Below the pieces are notes generated by a model. It did not search any database, was not told the DNA's origin, and saw nothing but the letters and a program-made list of their open reading frames with translations. Positions 41,990-52,735 of a stretch of 64,000 nt of DNA are shown here, one piece after another (within the stretch, counting starts at the first letter, position 1; each line of letters begins with the position of its first letter). Origin of the DNA: Dudresnaya verticillata (Eukaryota); contig OZ374566.1 in NCBI GenBank assembly GCA_977862235.1, positions 558,001 to 622,000 of the forward strand, written 5' to 3'. The position numbers were made by a program, and so were the translations under genes.

Positions 41990-43144
41990 ATGGAAGACGA
42001 TGAAGAACTCGAGCGGCAGATAGCCGAGGCCTTGTTGCGTAGCAAGCAAGAAACTAACCGCGAGGAATCCCTGCTTGCGGAGGCTATGGCTGCTAGCCTT
42101 ATATCCCGTGATGAGGAACTCGCCATGGCTATTCAACGGGAGCAGCTCTCCCACATCGAGAAGACCCTGTATGAAGATGTCTCCGGCAACAGCGTATCGC
42201 ATCCCTCCGACCCACCGCTCCCGGCCGACCCATCTCGCCAGGCCAATCTGCCACGCCCAGCAAACCCGCCACGAAACGCGACCTCGCGACCAGTCCCAAC
42301 CCCAACCCCAACCCTAACCCCGACCCCAATCCCAACCCAAACCCCGTCCCAACACTGCCAGTCGCCTCGCCGCCCACGCGCTCCAGCGCCTCGACGATCC
42401 CCCCAGACACGTCCGAACCGTGCCTATGTCAGCGCGGGCTCTCCGACTGACTCTCTATCCCGAAGTATCCACTCCCCACCATCACACTCAGGGCGGTTTG
42501 GATCCGCATCGCCGACATCAAATACGTACGCGGAGGCAGTGGCTGCGCCGGTGCAGCAAAGCCCGCCGGCGTCACGTTTGTACAACACGAGACCGTCTCC
42601 GCCACAACAGCAAGGCCAACAACCGACCATTCCGCCGCTAGTGCCGTTTGTGCGGGACATGCGCACTCCGACTGTCGTCATTGATGGCCAGAACGTGGGC
42701 TGCTCGTTTGGCGGTGGGAAGCACAAGTTCCGCTCCCGTGGAGTTGAGCTCGTTTTGGAGTACTATCGATTGAAAAACATTCCGGCTGTTGCCATGCTCC
42801 CCGCATGCAAAGTCGACGAGCGCGGTGATACTCGCGTCGCAGATGATCCACAGCTTCTGCGTGTCTTGCATGAGCAGGGGCGCGTGTCGTTCACGCCTGC
42901 TGGTGCGCATGATGACTACTTTTTACTCCACTATGCGATGCAGGTGGATGCAGACCTCATCTCGAATGACCGATTCATGAAGGAACTTGAAATGCAAGAG
43001 ACTGTGCATGACGCTCGCCAACTCCGCTCGTTTCTGGATTCGCATCTTATCCCATACACGTTTGTTGCTAGCGAGTTCGTCCCGAATCCACGGCCATCGC
43101 AACTGGGCCGCGATATTCATCAGAGCAGGACTATGAGGCGGTGA
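41990..43144 (+). CDS. Zc3h12a/Regnase-type NYN (PIN) ribonuclease with N-terminal UIM-like motifs
   Basis: VVIDGQNVG, GVELVLEYY, FTPAGAHDDYFLL, LISNDRF, IPYTFVASEFVP; N-terminal DEELERQIAEALLRSKQE and EESLLAEAMAASL. Confidence 0.9.
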   Translation: MEDDEELERQIAEALLRSKQETNREESLLAEAMAASLISRDEELAMAIQREQLSHIEKTLYEDVSGNSVSHPSDPPLPADPSRQANLPRPANPPRNATSRPVPTPTPTLTPTPIPTQTPSQHCQSPRRPRAPAPRRSPQTRPNRAYVSAGSPTDSLSRSIHSPPSHSGRFGSASPTSNTYAEAVAAPVQQSPPASRLYNTRPSPPQQQGQQPTIPPLVPFVRDMRTPTVVIDGQNVGCSFGGGKHKFRSRGVELVLEYYRLKNIPAVAMLPACKVDERGDTRVADDPQLLRVLHEQGRVSFTPAGAHDDYFLLHYAMQVDADLISNDRFMKELEMQETVHDARQLRSFLDSHLIPYTFVASEFVPNPRPSQLGRDIHQSRTMRR

Positions 43145-43531
43145 GGAATCGCATAACTCGTGTCGATGCCATTGCATACGAACAGATCGGGTGTAGGTGC
43201 ATGTATGGGAACCCCGGATGTTGCCACATAGCCTCGTGCCTACAAAGCCGTGCGTCGAAGATTGCGTACAGCTCTTCTAGCTACCTGAATCGTGTGGTTA
43301 GGTCAAGTCGTAGCTGTACGCTAGACATCTACGGACTCACAGCATGACAGGATTTGTGTTTTTTCTCTTCTCTATTTGCTCCGAGTCTGGAAACTCAGAA
43401 AAGCCAGAGTCAGATTCCTCTGCTTCGAGGAAGATGAGGAAAAATCTTGGAAAGCTCAGTAGAACTACCATCGTCAACAAAGCAAAGATCTACCGGTTCG
43501 CGAAAAGGTCCAAACTCCAAACGTTGATGTT

Positions 43532-44545
43532 TTATTTCTTGCCGAGTTCTTCTGATCGTTCAGTGGCTCTCGCAACTGCTGTGATTAGCGCTGACCGGAA
43601 TGCATTCTCCTCCAGGGCTGCGGTGGCAGCAATTGTCGTCCCACCCGGAGACTCAACCCTGTTGCGAAGCTCACCCAAGTGAACGTTGGGAGCCTCAAGA
43701 GCCATTTTGGCTGTTCCAAACACAGTCTGTACAGCCAGCTGTCGAGCTACACTTCTCGGCAACCCCTTTCGAACTCCGCCATCCGCCATCGCTTCTATCA
43801 TCATGTAGACATAAGCAGGGCCACTCCCGCTAAGACCCGTAACAGCGTCAAGGTTGCTTTCCGGTAGTTCTACAACAAGACCACATGCACCCATTAGCGT
43901 TCGAGCAACCTCTCGATGCGTATCAGTGCAAGCAGTGCTCATTGTGAATGCTGACGCCGCCTCTCCCACCAGGCACGGTTGGTTGGGCATTACTCGAATA
44001 CAGTTTCGCGCGGGGTTTCCGAGCGACAGGCTCTCCAGAGTCACACCAGCACAAATGGAAATCAGCAGTCGATCAGCGTCCTTCTCGGTTTCCTCATGGG
44101 CCGTCATTGTTTTAAGCACGACGGGCACAACATCTGGCTTAACTGCCAAGATAACCACACGTGAGTTCTCAAGCATTGTCTTGCTATCTCCTGTGACCGA
44201 AACCCCAAGAGTTGCAAGCGACTTTCGGCGAGCTTCGACAAGCTCACATACCCAGATCTGCCCCGGAGTCAAAACTTTTTTCGACAGGAGGCCACGCAAG
44301 ATAGCCTCTGCCATCATGCCACCACCGTAAAACCCTAAAGAAATGTCCTTCATGACAGTAGTCGCCATCGTTCGAGACGACAGAGGGTTTTCGTTGCCAC
44401 TACCCCGGATCTTTGTCAGTGCGATCGATCCGGTGCAGAAGAAGCTCGTTCCGATGAATGATTCGGTCTTTGCGACTCGAGAGCGTCCAGCTGTTGAAAA
44501 GTGGCGATGCAGTGTCCGGCCCCAGAACGCAGCGTAACTGCGCAT
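43532..44545 (-). CDS. P5CR: Pyrroline-5-carboxylate reductase
   Basis: GFYGGGMMAEA, ILAVKP, ISICAGV, RVMPNQP, DAVTGLSGSGPAY, VESPGGTTI; start at ATG 44545 or 44368. Confidence 0.97.
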   Translation of the reverse strand: MRSYAAFWGRTLHRHFSTAGRSRVAKTESFIGTSFFCTGSIALTKIRGSGNENPLSSRTMATTVMKDISLGFYGGGMMAEAILRGLLSKKVLTPGQIWVCELVEARRKSLATLGVSVTGDSKTMLENSRVVILAVKPDVVPVVLKTMTAHEETEKDADRLLISICAGVTLESLSLGNPARNCIRVMPNQPCLVGEAASAFTMSTACTDTHREVARTLMGACGLVVELPESNLDAVTGLSGSGPAYVYMMIEAMADGGVRKGLPRSVARQLAVQTVFGTAKMALEAPNVHLGELRNRVESPGGTTIAATAALEENAFRSALITAVARATERSEELGKK

Positions 44546-45741
44546 CGCACGACACAACACGATTAGTAGCTTCTCACTCAAGAACAGGTCGCCAGCTGGC
44601 TATCATCGGTTCCGACCTCCAAAAAAACAGGCCCAGATTTTGCAAGATCGGACTGCTAGTACAGAAATCTGTACTGTAGCACCTGCTGTACCTCTGACCT
44701 CGTGATCGATCACGGCGTACAAAAAAAAGATGTTTCATGCCTCAGCGCAACATACTCTTGGTTTCCTCGGGTGTTGCTTGGTAGGGTTTTGGAAAAGGGC
44801 GATACGTTTTACCGTCTGACAGATCCAGGAAGGGAAGGGCGGAGAACCTTCAACAGGGAGACAAACGTGTTGTAGGCCTGCATTCAAGGTTGACAGCGTT
44901 CGGTGTGCCCAAGAGTACCCATGCTGCGTGGCTCAATGAAAAGGAAGATACAAATCTCTGCTTCTACATTCCTGAATGAGACCGTCCCCTTCCAGAGCCG
45001 TATCAATACTCAGGTTGATCTACACTTGTGATTGCTTTCAATTCGTTTTTTGCCCCTCGTTTCACGCGGCGCTCCTCCTCCCACCTACATCAAGTCTTTT
45101 CTGTTACACAAAAACGGGAAAAAAAAACGCTTCTTCTTTCGTTGGACCATTGAGAGTGACAATCGATCATTGAGAACACACCCAGTAGATGATGTGAGAG
45201 TTTCCAGAATGAGCCTCAAACAATTCAATGCTGCTCTGGCCACAGCGAATCGACAAGGCCCGCTCTGCTCGTCAACAGTTGTCCCACCAAACACAAGGCT
45301 ATGAGTGATGGAGAGGCCTTCCCACTGGTCAACCGCACAAAATAGTACTGCCACGGACCTCCGCAATCAACACCTGAGCAATTCATGGTCACTGTTGATA
45401 TTTTTGTATTTCCACCTGCGATGGAAGGGCGGTTCTGCTGTACGAACTGTCCGCTCCATTCCATTCAGGGGCATATTGCTTCAAGTGTCGACATCAAGGC
45501 CCTTGGCCGCTAGATCGCCCCGTCCATTATAAGTGTTTCAGGGCAGAGTTGCTGTACATCCGATTGTTGGCGAAAAACAACTCATGTCTTCCATACGACA
45601 CACGTAAAACTCGAGAGCAGCACCACATACACTGTCAGACAGGGTCTAGACCCGGGCCCTGAATTTCTTAAGCACTACCTCCAGACTAACTACACGCCGA
45701 GAAAGGAGCACAAGCCCGTGGACGACCCAGGCGCATCCACG

Positions 45742-47100
45742 ATGTCTGTCGAATCTCCAGTCTCTCCGAAGGCAGCTCTCGCACCTAGCAAGCACTCACC
45801 AAGAATATGGGTCACCTTTCGGTCGTACTCTGGGACGGACGTCGGACCGGGAAGCGTGATTTTCGAGTACGTAACGGAAGCAAATAGGGAGTTTTCACGG
45901 GTGGTGCCGACATCCCCGGATGGCACGTTCACAACAGATGTGCAATGTACCTTGAAAGTAGGTGAGGAGCACACGTTTATTCTTCACAAACTTGACACCG
46001 CTGTAAAACGTTCATTGAAAATTGATGACAGAAGGTTCTCGGTGAAGAAAAGGGGAAAGTCGCTCATTCACTTCACATTAGACCTGCATTCCATCTTGCA
46101 AGCTATATCTGTATCTCCCCACGGAAAAGTCACAAGGACAATTCGCTCAGCTGATGGATATAGCGTATCCTTTGATGCAGCCTGGACAGACCAGTCGTTA
46201 GAGGATGTGGATGATGTATCTAGTGTGTCTTCCTTCTACGATGATAAGTATCAGCAAGAAGGGATGCTATCACTACCAGAGGGTAGAGGCGAAGATTCAA
46301 CGTCGTCAAAGTCCAGTTTAGGATCTAGACAAGACAGCAGAAAAGCCCTGCGAGTACGATTCGACAAAGATATACATGAAATTCCGACCACGCAACAGCT
46401 CCAAGAGGAAATTCAGCAGGCGGTTGAGGAAAGAGCAAAGCTTTCCAAAAGCGTAGGAGACCTGTCTATGCAAATGTTTCAGATGAAGCATGATATGCGA
46501 GACATCAAGGAAGCGCTCCGGCAAGTGACAGACATGTTTGCCATGGAGAGTCGAAAACATGACATCCGAAACGGAAAGGCAGAAAGAGAGAAATCAGCCA
46601 AGAGAAGAAGAGTAGTCCTGGATGGAAACGGAATTGCGAAAGCATATGGGAACGGGACGTTCCGGGCTGATGGGATTGAAATTTCTGTAGAGTACTACGT
46701 TGGAAGGGACATCAGCGTTGTGGCAGTAATATCCGAAAGCAAGTTCTTGGAGCTGGCTGAGGGGGTTCAGAATGGACGAGGGCTACATGACCAAGAAAGG
46801 TTAAAGGATCTGATGGATCGAGGGTTGCTATCGATGACACCGTCCCACACGAAGCGGTGTTTATACATACTGAAGTATGCACTGGACCATGACGCGGATG
46901 TTGTCTCGAACGATAGCTTCCGTTCAGTGGTGGATGGGCAAGCGGCAAAGCCGGAGCGGAAGAAACTGCGCTCTTTCGTTGAGTCGCACCGAATCCCTTT
47001 CACATTCATTGGAGATAGGTTCGTTCCTACCCCCGAAAGCACAGAGCTGAGCTCTTCTTCTCACTCGAAACGGTCTGTGGAGCGCTGCGACACTCTGTAG
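45742..47100 (+). CDS. Second Zc3h12a-like NYN-domain protein (probably catalytically degenerate) with a beta-rich N-terminal domain and a coiled coil
   Basis: VVLDGNGIA, GIEISVEYY, MTPSHTKRCLYILKYA, VVSNDSF, IPFTFIGDRFVP; collinear with the NYN domain of 41990-43144. Confidence 0.85.
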   Translation: MSVESPVSPKAALAPSKHSPRIWVTFRSYSGTDVGPGSVIFEYVTEANREFSRVVPTSPDGTFTTDVQCTLKVGEEHTFILHKLDTAVKRSLKIDDRRFSVKKRGKSLIHFTLDLHSILQAISVSPHGKVTRTIRSADGYSVSFDAAWTDQSLEDVDDVSSVSSFYDDKYQQEGMLSLPEGRGEDSTSSKSSLGSRQDSRKALRVRFDKDIHEIPTTQQLQEEIQQAVEERAKLSKSVGDLSMQMFQMKHDMRDIKEALRQVTDMFAMESRKHDIRNGKAEREKSAKRRRVVLDGNGIAKAYGNGTFRADGIEISVEYYVGRDISVVAVISESKFLELAEGVQNGRGLHDQERLKDLMDRGLLSMTPSHTKRCLYILKYALDHDADVVSNDSFRSVVDGQAAKPERKKLRSFVESHRIPFTFIGDRFVPTPESTELSSSSHSKRSVERCDTL

Positions 47101-47600
47101 AGAAGCGGTTAGGTGGTCTTGATGGGGCGCTCGACTGGCAGATGCGCAATGCTCTTCATTCTGTGCCTTTCGAAAATACTAAAGCAATAGATTCGAAGAC
47201 AGCGTTGGGGGACTTACTCCGCTTCAGCGAAGGTCTTCGTCAGCGAAGGTTTTCGCATTTAGAAGGTCCGCTCCAGTTTCTTCACCTGAACTGCAGGTCA
47301 CAAAACTTCACCATCATTGGCCAATCAGTTTTGTGTTTCTAAATTGCTCCCGACAGTCGCGCGTGCATTGTTGCTTCTTGCCACTCCTAAACGTCACGAG
47401 GCTCGCAAGTTTTACAGCTCCTGGTCTCGGTTCCGATATCTGGTCATTTGAGGCAAGTGCTTTTCATCAAGACGACGATCAGAATCGTTCATAGCCGACA
47501 AGACTGTCACGAAATCCTCTTGCAAAATAGTGCGATAGAAGAGCACCAGTTTTAGATGCTGTTCCCAGGGGAACTCGACCCACTCCAGCTGTAGTTTTCG

Positions 47601-48557
47601 TTATGCAGCGCAAAATTCTTGCTCGTCTTCTGAAGCACAAAACGACTCACCCTCATCGCTGAAGTCCTTCGCGGGGACCAACCCACTAAACTTCCTTGCC
47701 AGGCGCTCCCGTGCTGCAGAATTCAACTTACGCTGCACCTCAGGGTTCATGACATCCTGCATCTCCACCTGCAACATTTCCTCCTCATCCAACATCTTCG
47801 CAATCCCCGTCACCAGAGTCGTGTGCTCCTTCCCACAACCTGACCGAGCCCTGTCTACTTTCCCTCCTAATACCACCAACCCACGCCGCCGCTTCATGTA
47901 CTGTGTCTGACGCTTCGTCATCCATCTTGTCATGACCCCGTCAACGGCATCACGTCCGCCAACGCGATCAGCCAAGAAATGAAACAACCTCTTCTCAAAC
48001 CGCTTCAAATCCCCCTTGCCGAAGCCCTCCCTCAGCAGCCCCGGCAATACGCCGTCAATCACGCTCAGTAGCTCCAGACACTCTCTCAGCTCACCGGCGG
48101 CGTCACACATCTTCTCGAACCTCTCGCCTGGGGGCGCGTTCTGTTGGAACATCTCCTGAGTGTCCAGAAGATTGAGAAACGAGCGCTGCACACGCCCCAT
48201 GGCAAGCATCCGTCCACGCGCACTCAATGCGCCCATATCATTCACCTTCTTTGCGGTCATTTCCATCACCTCGTCATGAAGCACATTCAGCGAAACGTTC
48301 ATGTAATTCACCGACTCCTCTAACCAGTCGTATACCTGGTCCACATGTTCCAAAGTAAGGAGGTGGGGCCTCTCAGCGATCGCCCTCAGGAGCAGTAGTA
48401 CATCGCGCAGCTCAACGCGAACTGCGTTAGTTAGCAAGCTGACGATGTTTCGAGCCTGCTGATACTTTCCGGAACCATAGTGAGCGTAGCTAGGCTCAGA
48501 CTTGAAGAAGGTGTTCAGGGTCTGGAGAGACCGGGAAGATCCGGAACCAGAAGTCAT
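47601..48557 (-). CDS. Hypothetical all-helical protein, possibly a degenerate hemerythrin-like fold
   Basis: 318-aa ATG ORF; LTNAVRVELRD...LTLEHVDQVYDWL pattern recalls hemerythrin-like helices but lacks the His ligands (from memory, unverified). Confidence 0.75.
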   Translation of the reverse strand: MTSGSGSSRSLQTLNTFFKSEPSYAHYGSGKYQQARNIVSLLTNAVRVELRDVLLLLRAIAERPHLLTLEHVDQVYDWLEESVNYMNVSLNVLHDEVMEMTAKKVNDMGALSARGRMLAMGRVQRSFLNLLDTQEMFQQNAPPGERFEKMCDAAGELRECLELLSVIDGVLPGLLREGFGKGDLKRFEKRLFHFLADRVGGRDAVDGVMTRWMTKRQTQYMKRRRGLVVLGGKVDRARSGCGKEHTTLVTGIAKMLDEEEMLQVEMQDVMNPEVQRKLNSAARERLARKFSGLVPAKDFSDEGESFCASEDEQEFCAA

Positions 48558-49421
48558 TTGTTTCTGGAAAACTGGCGAGACGGCTGAGGAGATTGGAGCA
48601 ATCTTGGGGATTGAGGAACTATTGTGCGCGGCTTGATTCCTTGTTGAAGAGCAGTCGCACTCCGCTTAAGTATGCTCAAGGCTCACCGTATGGGTCTGAG
48701 ACTAAGGAGGTGTGTTTCTCCATGGAGTGTGTTTCTGGTTTGCAAACAAGCAGATCTCACAGCTTCGACGATGGCCGGAAATGGAAAGCCATGAGACGTT
48801 GGAAGTTATGCCCGGGCTGTTTAGGCTAATGCGCCTAATGTCTGAGCAACATGCCAATGGAACGATGCCATGGATCGTTGATGCCCAAAAGAGAAGCAGC
48901 CCCACATGGACAACAAACATAATTTCGATAACACTTCGTATTCAGATCCAACATCAAGGACATTACAGTGCTGTAATACAAAAAGGCGCTGCTGAAAATG
49001 ACGTCCTTCAGAAACAGCCAGTTACTGTAAGGATAGCCCATTTGGTAATGGTGCCGCTGCCAGCAGCAACCGAGGTAATATTGAGCACTGGCAGTTGCCC
49101 ACACTGAAGTATTCTTACTAGCCTCCAAACGTTGAGCACCGGGGAAAGCAAGAGTTATCAGGAACTTTCAACACGTCAGGGTGTGCTCGCCAGATTATGG
49201 CTGCCTTGTAGCAGCTTGCTAATGCGCTCTTTGTAGCAGGCGTTGGTACCATTTCTCTCCCGATAGACGTCGTGTTTATGCCGCGATGGTGCATTTTCCA
49301 TGGCATAAACTGCATTCACAGCACACCTTCTCGAGTCGTATCCAGTCGCAAAGATCCAAGCTCGCCGTAGCCCAACAGCCACAGTAATGGAAAGGCTAAC
49401 ATACTGACCAAGATTGCCCCA

Positions 49422-50939
49422 TCACGAACATCCCACTTCCGTATCACCTGGGAACAGCATATGTGGCTTGTCTCGATCCTCGGAATGGTTTGAATCAGCA
49501 TATAAACTCCCTAGTTCCATCTTTTCCGCTACATCTGAGGTGTTCCCTCCGTCTAATGGATTCCAGGCGTCAATGCACAATCTTTCAGAGTCCGCGAGCA
49601 TTCCAACGCTTGCAGCATACAAACTGTACCCATCTCTGAAGAACGCAAATCCCCCTCGAGCAATGAGCACTCCATGCACAACGGCCAGCTCATCAATACG
49701 AACTGGAGGGATATCATCTTGTCCACTTGTCTTGTGAAGCAGGAAACAAGAATTGCGTGATGACATGTTCGAAGAGAACGGGGCCCGCGTCTCTCGAAAC
49801 CTTATCCAAGCGTTGCGGTCCGTCTGATACGGCGAGCCAGGCTTCGTTCCCACTGGAATCTCAAGCCGTTGAACGCTTGAATTCATCCAAGCTTCAGATA
49901 CTACTATTCCAAAGGTAATAGCGAAGGCGGTCCGCTCCAAAACAGAGCTTTCCGAAAAGAACACATTCCCGCCGATTAGGAAAGCCACTTGGGCGATAGT
50001 TCGCACGTAGCACCTTATGAACCAGATCATTGCGTTGCCAGCATCGGGATTGGCCCCGAAGGATCTGGCTTCATCATCACGCACGAGGCGGTCGCGGAGA
50101 GCCAGCAGACTGAACTGACGAAAAAGATCCCCTTCAACAATAGCTTCAAAGTTGAAATCCTCTCCGAAACTGCACTTCTCCCTTTTCGTGTTAACAGGAT
50201 CCATTAGCCGTACGCAAGGCTTCACCATCTTGAAAACTCTTCTACGCTGAAACTCAGGTCTCCCATTCATGTACATATCAGCGATGAAAAGCGGACGACA
50301 CCAAATCCCTGGAACACATTCTATTGCGTTCTTTAAGCAAATGATTCGCACTCTGAAATCATTCGCCATTCTCCAACAGCGCCCTATTGCCGCGATACGA
50401 TCCGCGGGAATATGACTGGGAAACTCGTATCTCCACCCAAGATCGTCGTGGATTACCGGCTGTGTACTGCGAATGGCAGAAGCCATCTCCTCATCTTTCA
50501 CGTAAATCGTGAGCGTCTCAATAGCATAGTCGCGGTCTGCATACTTCGACATGATCTGACCTGTTAGCCCGACTTGCCTTGCCGTGTCAGGGCTTAGGTA
50601 AGAAAACGAGACGGTACATACAATCTCGATAATAGATATAGGGAGTAAAAGCAATATTCCACCCCAATACAGAAGTTTAAACCATAGGCCGACCAGCCAT
50701 CTCAGCCATAAGTGCCGAATCCATAGGTGAAATCGCATCTGCAAGACACGAACGATTCCTTCAAACTGATGGCTAGTAATCGTCCCCGTGATACAAACAC
50801 TTGGGTGATAGAGGTAGGTATGTCCCAATCTACCTTTCTTCAAAAGCTGGTCATAGCTAACCAAGGACAGAGTATCAATATTCTGTGCTTGGCGGCTCAG
50901 TCCAAGATTGGGACTTGGTCGGTTTGCAGCAAAGGCCAT
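49422..50939 (-). CDS. Unknown membrane protein, paralog A
   Basis: 505-aa ORF with two hydrophobic clusters; collinear similarity to 60718-62244. Confidence 0.88.
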   Translation of the reverse strand: MAFAANRPSPNLGLSRQAQNIDTLSLVSYDQLLKKGRLGHTYLYHPSVCITGTITSHQFEGIVRVLQMRFHLWIRHLWLRWLVGLWFKLLYWGGILLLLPISIIEIVCTVSFSYLSPDTARQVGLTGQIMSKYADRDYAIETLTIYVKDEEMASAIRSTQPVIHDDLGWRYEFPSHIPADRIAAIGRCWRMANDFRVRIICLKNAIECVPGIWCRPLFIADMYMNGRPEFQRRRVFKMVKPCVRLMDPVNTKREKCSFGEDFNFEAIVEGDLFRQFSLLALRDRLVRDDEARSFGANPDAGNAMIWFIRCYVRTIAQVAFLIGGNVFFSESSVLERTAFAITFGIVVSEAWMNSSVQRLEIPVGTKPGSPYQTDRNAWIRFRETRAPFSSNMSSRNSCFLLHKTSGQDDIPPVRIDELAVVHGVLIARGGFAFFRDGYSLYAASVGMLADSERLCIDAWNPLDGGNTSDVAEKMELGSLYADSNHSEDRDKPHMLFPGDTEVGCS

Positions 50940-51632
50940 ACGTATAACAGTTAGGTCTTGAGCACTCGCTTTCCATGTTCCGCGCGTGCCCAGGAATGTA
51001 AAAGACTGTAGTAGCGCCGCTCAAGAGAAAGGAAGACCTTACACCTTCTTACAAAGCTCTCACCTTGGGCAAAAGCACAACCCTTGTCCATTCCTCAACG
51101 TCGCCTGGTCCTTTCCAGACTAGCATTCGCCCCAGGGGAGTGGGTGGCACAGGAGAGGCATTCCTTGTAGACGGGGAAAACTACAAAACAGGCATGGTAG
51201 AATGACTGTAGATGATGTCATTTGTTGTTGAAGGTAGTACGGCGTGCCTTGCTTCTGCTCCAATTTCGGGCTCACAAAGCCAGAGAGGCATCAGATCACC
51301 AACCGGACGAGATTGCCGTCACACGCCGCGTTGAGAGCTCGAAGTGGTGGCGCTTCAGAAATAACGTATGACACCACTGCACCACTACTGTACTTATCAA
51401 TCCAAATGACGAGTTGCGGCTACTGTACTGTTATTAGGAAGATCTGCGGATCCGTTTACTGCTCTAACCCACTGCTCACAGGCGGTAGGAATGGTTGTAG
51501 AGGAGGACCGCTTCCATCAGCGATGGGCGCACTACGGTACGTGATTCGAGCTTTATTGGGGGCCTCGCGCTAGGAAAATTGCAACTGTGCCGTTGTTTGT
51601 GATTCTACTGTTGTGTGCGCACCTACTCCGAA

Positions 51633-52604
51633 CTACGCATGTAGGGCTGTTGACGGACGGCACGCCTCGAGGCGCAGGCCCCCGCGGTCTGCCAGCATTG
51701 CCGCGTACCGGCTGAACATCCCAGTCCTCGTAATCGACTTGGGCATGCCCGCGCTTGACGCAGCGCAGTCTGCGGCGTCGCGGAGGTACTGCGAGGCCTC
51801 CGGCAACCACCCTCCCAATGTACTAACGGGCAGCGGAACCATAGAAGAACCCGGACCCTTCCCCCTCATGAACTCGGCATAGTGCGCGCGCTTAGAAATA
51901 GCTGCTACGACGAGGTGGCGATGGGGGTCAAAAGAAGCTACTGACGGTCGCGACGTGACGAGCGGGTGCCTTATGGTGGCATCTATGTAGTCGAAGCCCC
52001 CGCGCGTTCCCAGCGCAACGATGTCAGGCCTAACGTGGTGGGCGTTAGCGGTGCGCGGTTCGAGCTGGGGTGAGCGAGATGCCGCGGGAAGGTCGGCGGC
52101 GATTCTACGACAGAGGTCGTCATGCCCATTCACCCGATGGCCCCCAAATTTACAGGCAAATGCGTGATCGCCGAACTTGTCCATCGTAGCCTCGCATCCC
52201 TCTCGTGCACATGTAGCAGATCCTTGAAAGAGCGGTACTCCGCAGTAGAATCTGAACCATGTGCGAAACGTCCTGTTGGGAATGTTCGTCCCGAAAAATG
52301 GGCAAGGGGAACAAAGGACCCAGTCCTTTGCGTGGGGGAGTTGTAAGCACGCTCGGAAGGCTTGCCTTCTGTCATCACCATTCTCTAGATTTTCCTCTTG
52401 ATACTGATGCACCAGGCTCGTGAGATGCCGTTGAGAGAGTTGCTGAGAACCCGTAGCTGCGGCTTCTTCGAAGCAGGCAATATTGTACTGAGGGCGGAGG
52501 TCCGGTGCAATTGCTGCCACAAACCTTTCACATGCGTCCACTGCGGCCGGGTTGGCAGAAACTACGGCACTGGCACTACGGTACAGTACCGTATCATTGC
52601 TCAC
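51633..52604 (-). mobile_element. 5'-truncated CRE-like (RLE-type) non-LTR retrotransposon fragment: CCHC knuckle plus restriction-like endonuclease
   Basis: FRTWFRFYCGVPL; C-AREG-C...DKFGDHAFAC; GHDDL; EPR...RPDI...IDATIRHP...KRAHY...PLPVSTLGGW; no RT domain present. Confidence 0.85.
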
Positions 52605-52735
52605 AGCTGGACAAGGTTACACCGGGTCGTGCTCGGGACACGAGCATGTTCGCACACGATTTTGATTGGGGCCGTCATCTACCTAGCTTTCGCTTCACCC
52701 AATCAAATGTCGGATACTGAAGGTGAGATACTGTA

